From Octopus sinensis (Eukaryota), in assembly GCF_006345805.1 (NCBI RefSeq), contig NC_043003.1:65224001-65288000 (forward strand): DNA of 64,000 nucleotides, read 5' to 3'. Position numbers and translations under genes: made by a program. The notes under the pieces were generated by a model that saw only the letters and a list, made by a program, of their open reading frames with translations, made no database searches and had not been told where the DNA came from. The stretch's first letter is position 1. Each line of letters begins with the position of its first letter. Positions 57,209 to 64,000 of this stretch are shown here, piece after piece.

Positions 57209-57415
57209 ATGGCCTAGTGGTTAGGGCAGCGGACTTGCGGTCGGAGGATCGCGGTTTCGATTCCCAGACCGGGCGTTGTGTGTGTTTATTGAGCGAAAAA
57301 AACACCTAAAAGCTCCACGAGGCTCCGGCGGGATGTGGTGATCCCTGCTGTACTCTTTCACCACTCTAAAGGCGTGCTCCAGCATGGCCGCAGTCAAATG
57401 ACTGAAACAAGTACA
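57208..57415 (+). mobile_element. Chimeric SINE (family C head plus family A tail)
   Basis: A box tggcctagtgg, B-box-like ggtttcgattcc; matches the 62140-61850 family to ctctttcaccac, then ctaaaggcgtgctccagcatggccgcagtc. Confidence 0.75.
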
Positions 57416-57420
57416 AATAT

Positions 57421-57479
<59 letters not shown>

Positions 57480-57490
57480 GTGAATGTAAT

Positions 57491-57730
57491 AAACAATCAA
57501 TTAAATAGAGAGATTCAATTGACAAGCTAATAATTTATTTATACTATAATATAACATGATATACTATGAATATAATATAAAATAAGATAGCATAAAAAGT
57601 TATTTAAAAACCAAAACAGCCAACAATTTCTTTCGACTTATATACATTATTTGACTCATAAACAATTCATATCCATTTATATCCATTCAAAAGACAGAGG
57701 AAATTCCGTGTGAAAGGACGGCTAGATTGC

Positions 57731-57761
<31 letters not shown>

Positions 57762-58054
57762 ATTTACTATTCCATACTAGACAGCATCAACAAAATCTTT
57801 TTTGCAATCTAGCCGTCCTTTCATTCGGATTTTCATCTGTCTTTTGAACCAAGGCACCGAAGAGAGTATTGTATAACTGGATATGAATTATTTATAAATT
57901 GAATAATGTATATAAGTCGAAACAAATTGTTGGCTTTTTTGGCTCTTTGACAATTTTTTATGTTAAAATATATTATATTATATTCATAGTATATTATGTT
58001 ACCTTATAATATGAATTATTAGACTGTCAATTGAATCTCTCTAATTTATTGTTT
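57491..58054. repeat. Long imperfect palindrome (~240-bp arms)
   Basis: gagagattcaattgaca/tgtcaattgaatctctc; ttcgacttatatacatta/taatgtatataagtcgaa; gaaaggacggctagattgc/gcaatctagccgtcctttc. Confidence 0.85.
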
Positions 58055-58277
58055 GTAATTTGCATTATACCTCTATTTATATGGTATTCAACTGAAGTAC
58101 CAGTGAATTGGATGTTTTACACACCTCTTTGAAGGAATATGTGTGTCAGGAATCTCCTCTTCAAATTTATACTTTAGAAGACCAGGAATTGGTCAAAGAA
58201 ACAGTTTATCGTAGGACACTGATGTTTCGTACGAGAGAGGAAGATGACCAAGAACAAGAATAAGATGAAGAAGACGA

Positions 58278-58364
<87 letters not shown>

Positions 58365-58750
58365 CGGGGAAGAGAGAAAGGGACAGAAAATCCAGTGGAG
58401 CATAGTATGCCGTTCATCTTGTTTTTTATATATATATTACAGTCTGATAATGGCTTGCATTGACCGAAAGCACGAAGTCATATCCAGTATTTTTTGACAA
58501 GAATAATAATTTGTACTCTACCAAAAGTATTGAGAAAGACTTCAGGTTAATATCATTTGATATTATTATAACGTAAACACACACTCGCACACACACACAG
58601 AAACACACACACACACGTACATACATACATACACGCACACAGACACAGAAACACACTCATATTTGTATACATATAAGCAAATAAAAAATGATCAAAACAA
58701 ACAGGAAAAGTCTGTGAAAAGCGGGTGTGTCGTCATATAGCTCATATGTG

Positions 58751-58802
<52 letters not shown>

Positions 58803-60534
58803 TGTGTGTGTATGTGATTCTTCATACTCTGCTGAGAATTTACTGGTGTAAATTAGCGTACGTATGAAAAGTTGTATTATTATATTAACTGTATGATTAA
58901 GTTATAGAATGAAGTTCTACAAATCTAATCATAAGATAAGATGTTAAAAAGTTGTAAGAAGTTTATTCATGCATACGATCGTTTCCTACATATACATATA
59001 AATTCATTAATAGAATATGCAAATGTCAAAATACACATCAGTGCAGAAAAGATAAGAACTTAAATGAAAGACCTGGGAAGTTGGACTTATGAGTTTCATG
59101 TCTATTTGTCCCTATCCCTGTGTAATAGTGATGGGAGTCATGTCAATTAATAAACAAGTTGTATATATATTCGCCATGATTGATCGCAAGTCACTACACA
59201 CACTTTTTCTCTCCTTGTTTCTTTCTGTTTTCTTTTCTGTGGAAGACTGTAGGCTCGAAACGTTAAAGGCTTTTTCAGTTCCCGAGCGTTATATTAATAC
59301 ATCTGTTTGTTTTCTGCACCACCTGTCTTTGTCTTTAATTTCTTTGTGAATTCTCCTCCCACCTATATATATATATACATGCACACATATAAAAAGCACT
59401 TAACCACACTTTCCCTGAACTAAATTCCACTTCTGTTGCATTGGTTAAACCTTAGTGTTAGTATTGTGTGGTGCAAAAGGTGAACACAGAATCAGCCGGC
59501 TGCATGGTTGCAAAGCCAACATCTTAAGCAAAAGTCATATCTTCCCCCAAATTAACACATTTAATATATGAAGCATGTATTAAAATGTTAAGCTGTCGCT
59601 GGCATTGTAGGTTGGCTTACTGATATGATCACTGGAGTCTAATATTGATGTTGTGCTTTAGGGATAAAAAATTAAGATACTTCAAAATTGTGGCTACAGA
59701 AAAAGTGGTACTTCATCATTTTCAGCTGTTCTAAGAATAAATGAAGAACGAAAAAATTATGGAACAATATTGATCGTATTGTCTATTTATATTTTGTTTT
59801 GTTTTTGAAGTGGAATATTGTAATACACTTGATAAAGGTTATGTAAAAGAATGTAAAATAATTCCTCAATGTTAATTGAAGTTGCAAAAAGCTGTATATT
59901 GTCTATACTTGTTAGTCTGGAATATTTTCGATAGAACTTTGTAAAAAACAAAAAAGAAAAAAACATACAGGAATGAAAGAAACGAACAAAAGTTAGAACA
60001 TATAACACAAAAACATCATTATCATTACAATCGTCATGGCCGTCGTTGTCGTCGTCGTCATCATGAGTATTCTTACTTTAATCGACTACAAAAGCAACAT
60101 GAATAGAGAAGACATACAATGTCACCTGTAAATGTGTTGGCTTCTAGAACATAAAATAGGACATTTAAATGCTGCGTTGCACAAACGCTACCCTGAATTA
60201 ACATTATCTCTCCTTCTGCTGTTGTTGCTGCAACTTTTGTTGTTGTTCTACGTCATTATTATTGCTGTAATTGTTCTTGTTTTTGTTGTAGAGAAAAAGA
60301 CAGAAAATAAGAATCTGAATCTCGATAACAAGTATTGATTGGATTGGCAGAAAGTCCAGTCGCTAAAATTCTGAAATACTCTTTGCTAGCCCTCTACTCA
60401 ATTTGCTCGTATTACCACAGACCGGCGAAGCAGTTACTGTATGGTCAATCAACATGCTAGAAATAACAGCTTCTACTTTCTCAGATCAAATCCTACAGCC
60501 ATAGAAAAATAAAAATTTAATAGAAATATCTGAG

Positions 60535-60800
60535 ACCTCCCCCTTCGGTCACGACACAGACCATGGGATTGCACCTAGAAAGTTACCCTCCCTGGCACAA
60601 GTCTGGGCAAGGTCGTTTATGGAAGACCAGCAGCCGCCCATGCATACCGACCTCCCCTCTCCACGCCACCAGTGTTATCCAAGGGAAAGGCAAAGGGGCC
60701 GATACAGCTTGGCACCTGTGACGTCGCAACTCATTTCTACAGCTGAGTGAACTGGAGCAACGTGAAATAAAGTGTCTTGCTCAAGAACACAACACGCATA
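60535..60800 (-). mobile_element. SINE (5'-truncated), related to the 61.5-kb copy
   Basis: Shares gctgagtg.a.tggagcaacgtgaaat.aagtgt.ttgctcaagaacacaac with 61580-61635. Confidence 0.7.
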
Positions 60801-61489
60801 CGAACGTTCTGTTAAAAACAGGATAAACATTAGATAGCATATCCCTAAGAGATTTTATCTCAGAATACCACAATAACTGGCCTAGCCTATAACCAGTGTG
60901 TATACATTACGTATGATACATTGATGGCTATTTTAATGTAATACTGCCGCAATTGCCTATATATGATAATAGAACTGTTAGAGATTGCATGCCATTGTCT
61001 ATTGCTCTACTTGGTCTGGGTTGAACTAACCGAAGGAAAACTACAAGCATTCTCTTGCTATTTATTATCAACACCAATGATAGAATATATCAATAAAAAG
61101 GATGAGAATCTTGAAATTATAAAACGCCAAGCTAATTAGAATTTAAGATAAATGTAATGTGTTTCTTAATTAATTGAAATTTCCTTTTAAGTGGAAAAAC
61201 AATACAAAGTGAAAAAGTGACTTGCATAGAAATGGGGAAATAATTTCGAGACAGAAAATAATTTGCCAAGTAATTTTACAAAGAAAGGTTGATCTTTGTG
61301 GTGAGAATTTAACTATGGGTATATTTATCTAGAAGCTCTGTTATCAATATGGATGTGAGAATGCATGAAGTCATTATAAAGAATTACAAGACGTGTTACA
61401 GGACTTGGGGTGTTTCTGCTGTAATCAACTTTATCCTTAGAGAATTTAAATAAATAAAATAAATAAATGCGCTATTTTAAAGCCTACCC

Positions 61490-61715
61490 AGACTCATGGG
61501 CCCGGTTTCCCGGTTTCAATGGCGTATGTGCTCCCCAGCTGGACGGAACGCCAGTCCATCGCAGCGTTACTCATTTTTGCAAGCTGAGTGGATTGGAGCA
61601 ACGTGAAATGAAGTGTTTTGCTCAAGAACACAACGCGTCGCCCGGTCCAGGAATCGAAACCACAATCTTACGACCATGAAGCTGACACCCTTACCACTAA
61701 ACTACAACCCTCCGC
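61490..61715 (-). mobile_element. tRNA-derived SINE
   Basis: Reverse B box ggaatcgaaacc and cttgagcaaaacactt CORE-like motif on the minus strand. Confidence 0.75.
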
Positions 61716-61844
61716 AGAGGATTTAAATACAGTTACAAAACCGACTTTCTGGGAAACTAATGATCTGTAAAATATAATAATTCACACTAGTTCACTCTAA
61801 TGTACAGGTGCCTGTTGTTCATTTAATTATCTAAATAAACTTGT

Positions 61845-62140
61845 TGCTTGTTCCTTCTCGAGCCATGCCTGGGTCATAAGGGCCGGTTTCCCGGTTACAT
61901 TGCCATATAGGTTCCCCACCTGGACGAGACGCCGGTCCGTTGCAGGTGAGCTGCAAGATGCAGGAGGAAAGAGTGGGAGAAATTTGTGGCGAAAGAGTCA
62001 GCAGAAGTTCGGCATTACCTTCTGCCGGAGCCGCGTGGAGCTTAGGTGTTTCGCTCATAAACACACACATCGCCCGGTCTGAGATTCGAACCCGCGATCC
62101 CCCAACTGCGAGCCCGCTGCTCTAACCACCTAGGCCATGT
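61845..62140 (-). mobile_element. Full-length SINE family C
   Basis: Minus strand tggcctaggtggttagagcagcgggctcgc...gggttcgaatctcagaccgggcg...ccggcccttatgacccaggc. Confidence 0.78.
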
Positions 62141-62795
62141 ACCTTCACATCTAAATAAACTTAATATGTATAATTTAGTGTGTGTTAACCAAGGTGACCA
62201 CCGCTGATTTAGAAAAGCCAGTTATTAATAGGTTCCGGAAAATAGCGTTGTAGCAATATTGTGCGCTGCTTCTTAAAGTTTGAAATAGAGTTAACTGGAC
62301 CTAACTGGAGATAACCAGAGCTAACCAGAGCAGATCGGATCTTCACTCACAACAAAGAAAAATACAATTTTCATGTCATGAAATCTTATGGCGGAATAAA
62401 ATTGAAAACATAATTGAAATTGGTACCATAATAAAACAATTTGGTGTGTTACACTGGCTGGAACTTTAACAATGGGAAGCGAAATTAAAAACATTTAGCA
62501 GCAATTTTACCATAATGGAAGAAATATGTGTGATATACTTTAAACAACATTAAAAATAGAAGAAAACGTCATGAGACCCTTTAATATAATGAAATAATGT
62601 GATAGTGATCTACAAATTTATTAAAATAGAATTAGAATGTAGAATATTTCTCTGGGTTCCAATTAGTCTTACCAATATACATGAAAATAAGTAGCATCGC
62701 TGTCAGTGAAAGACAAGATTTTGAATCAGGAGGTAAGTCGCTGAAACAAATAACGCAAGCATTTCGACCGAAACGTTGAGGATTACACACACACA

Positions 62796-62835
<40 letters not shown>

Positions 62836-62882
62836 CATGTGTACATGTGTGTTACATGTGTCTATATATATATATATGCAAA

Positions 62883-63115
62883 AGAGGCGAGCTGGCAGAA
62901 GCGTTAGCGCGCTGGGCAAAATGCTTAGCGGTATTTCGTCTGTCGTTACGTTCTGAGTTCAAATTCTGCCGAGGTCGACTTTGCCGTTCATCCTTTCGGG
63001 GTCGATAAATTAAGTACCAGTTACGCACTGGGGTTAATGTAATCAACTTAATCCCTTTGTCTGTCCTTGTTTGTCCCCTCCATGTTTAGCCCCTTGTGGG
63101 CAGTAAAGAAATATA
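62883..63115 (+). mobile_element. Full-length SINE family B
   Basis: ggcgagctggcagaagcgttagc...gagttcaaattc...gggcagtaaagaaata. Confidence 0.85.
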
Positions 63116-63269
63116 TATCCAAACGCAGACACACACACACACACACACACAACACACAACACATACACGCACATATATCTAAACTTGCACATCTGTATAC
63201 TTACATGCAATCTGTATGTGTATATATTTGTATCTGCGTATACACACACACATACACAAATATATATAT

Positions 63270-63355
63270 AAATATGTATCTATCTATCTATCTCTCTATC
63301 TACCTACCTACATACCTACCTACCTACCTACCTACCTACCTACCACATACCCATC

Positions 63356-63415
<60 letters not shown>

Positions 63416-63523
63416 GGTCTCTATCCATCTATCTGTCTATCTATCTATTTATCTATCTACCTGTCTATCTATCTGTCTGTCTCTCTGTTTGTCTGCCTGT
63501 TTGTCTCTCTCTCTATCTATTTG

Positions 63524-63591
<68 letters not shown>

Positions 63592-63620
63592 CCGATCTAA
63601 TTATCTAAATATCAATCTAT
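63270..63620. repeat. (TATC)/(TACC)/(TGTC) compound microsatellite
   Basis: Direct reading. Confidence 0.95.
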
Positions 63621-64000
63621 CTATCTGTGAATTTATGTATATATGTGGGTGTATGCGTTTGTGCACGTATGTATGTAGGTATGCATGCGTGCATATGTGC
63701 GCATATATATTGCTAAATGCTTCATTGTTAGTGACTTGTTGCCTCGCATTTCTGAGCAGAACATACATTAATCTATTTCTGTTGCATTTATATAGCAGAA
63801 ATTGTACGAGTAATTGTATTATCTTCCCAACGTCATATCTCATAACAATTTTTTGTTTTTGTATATAAAATTCACTATATTACCCATTCAGAATATCACC
63901 TAAAAATTTTAGCACATCACTTAAACACTGCATCACTCTAGTTTACCTTAAATATTGTCATTATCTGATCGATAAAATACCCACCCAATTTTGCCTGTAA

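Noticed and set aside
57208-57275. tRNA gene
   Set aside because: A/B boxes present but no complete cloverleaf, and it continues into SINE body

Overview
AT-rich eukaryotic genomic DNA saturated with microsatellites, tRNA-derived SINEs and decayed transposons. The repeat families point to an octopus/coleoid cephalopod genome (my recognition, not a database result). No host gene can be called with confidence; nearly all supplied ORFs are microsatellite artefacts. Real coding remnants are all mobile-element derived: a 5'-truncated Tx1/L1-clade LINE with an uninterrupted ~490-codon RT-to-zinc-finger frame inserted in (TATC)n (49.5-51.4 kb); a Merlin DNA transposon with TIRs and an 8-bp TSD (30.9-32.6 kb); a 3'-deleted Gypsy element with LTR, PBS, gag, protease and RT (34.6-37.1 kb); and CR1/L2, RTE and R4/Dong fragments. 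The most interesting structure is a 2.26-kb non-coding element (18.38-20.64 kb) with perfect ~102-bp terminal inverted repeats and a complete minimal type I hammerhead ribozyme whose predicted cleavage site sits at the inner edge of the repeat. Also notable: SINE multimers enclosed by single TSDs, one containing a copy of a nearby unique segment, and two long palindromic elements that could form dsRNA. Hammerheads in Penelope-like elements are known biology, so none of this is claimed as a new system without the listed tests.
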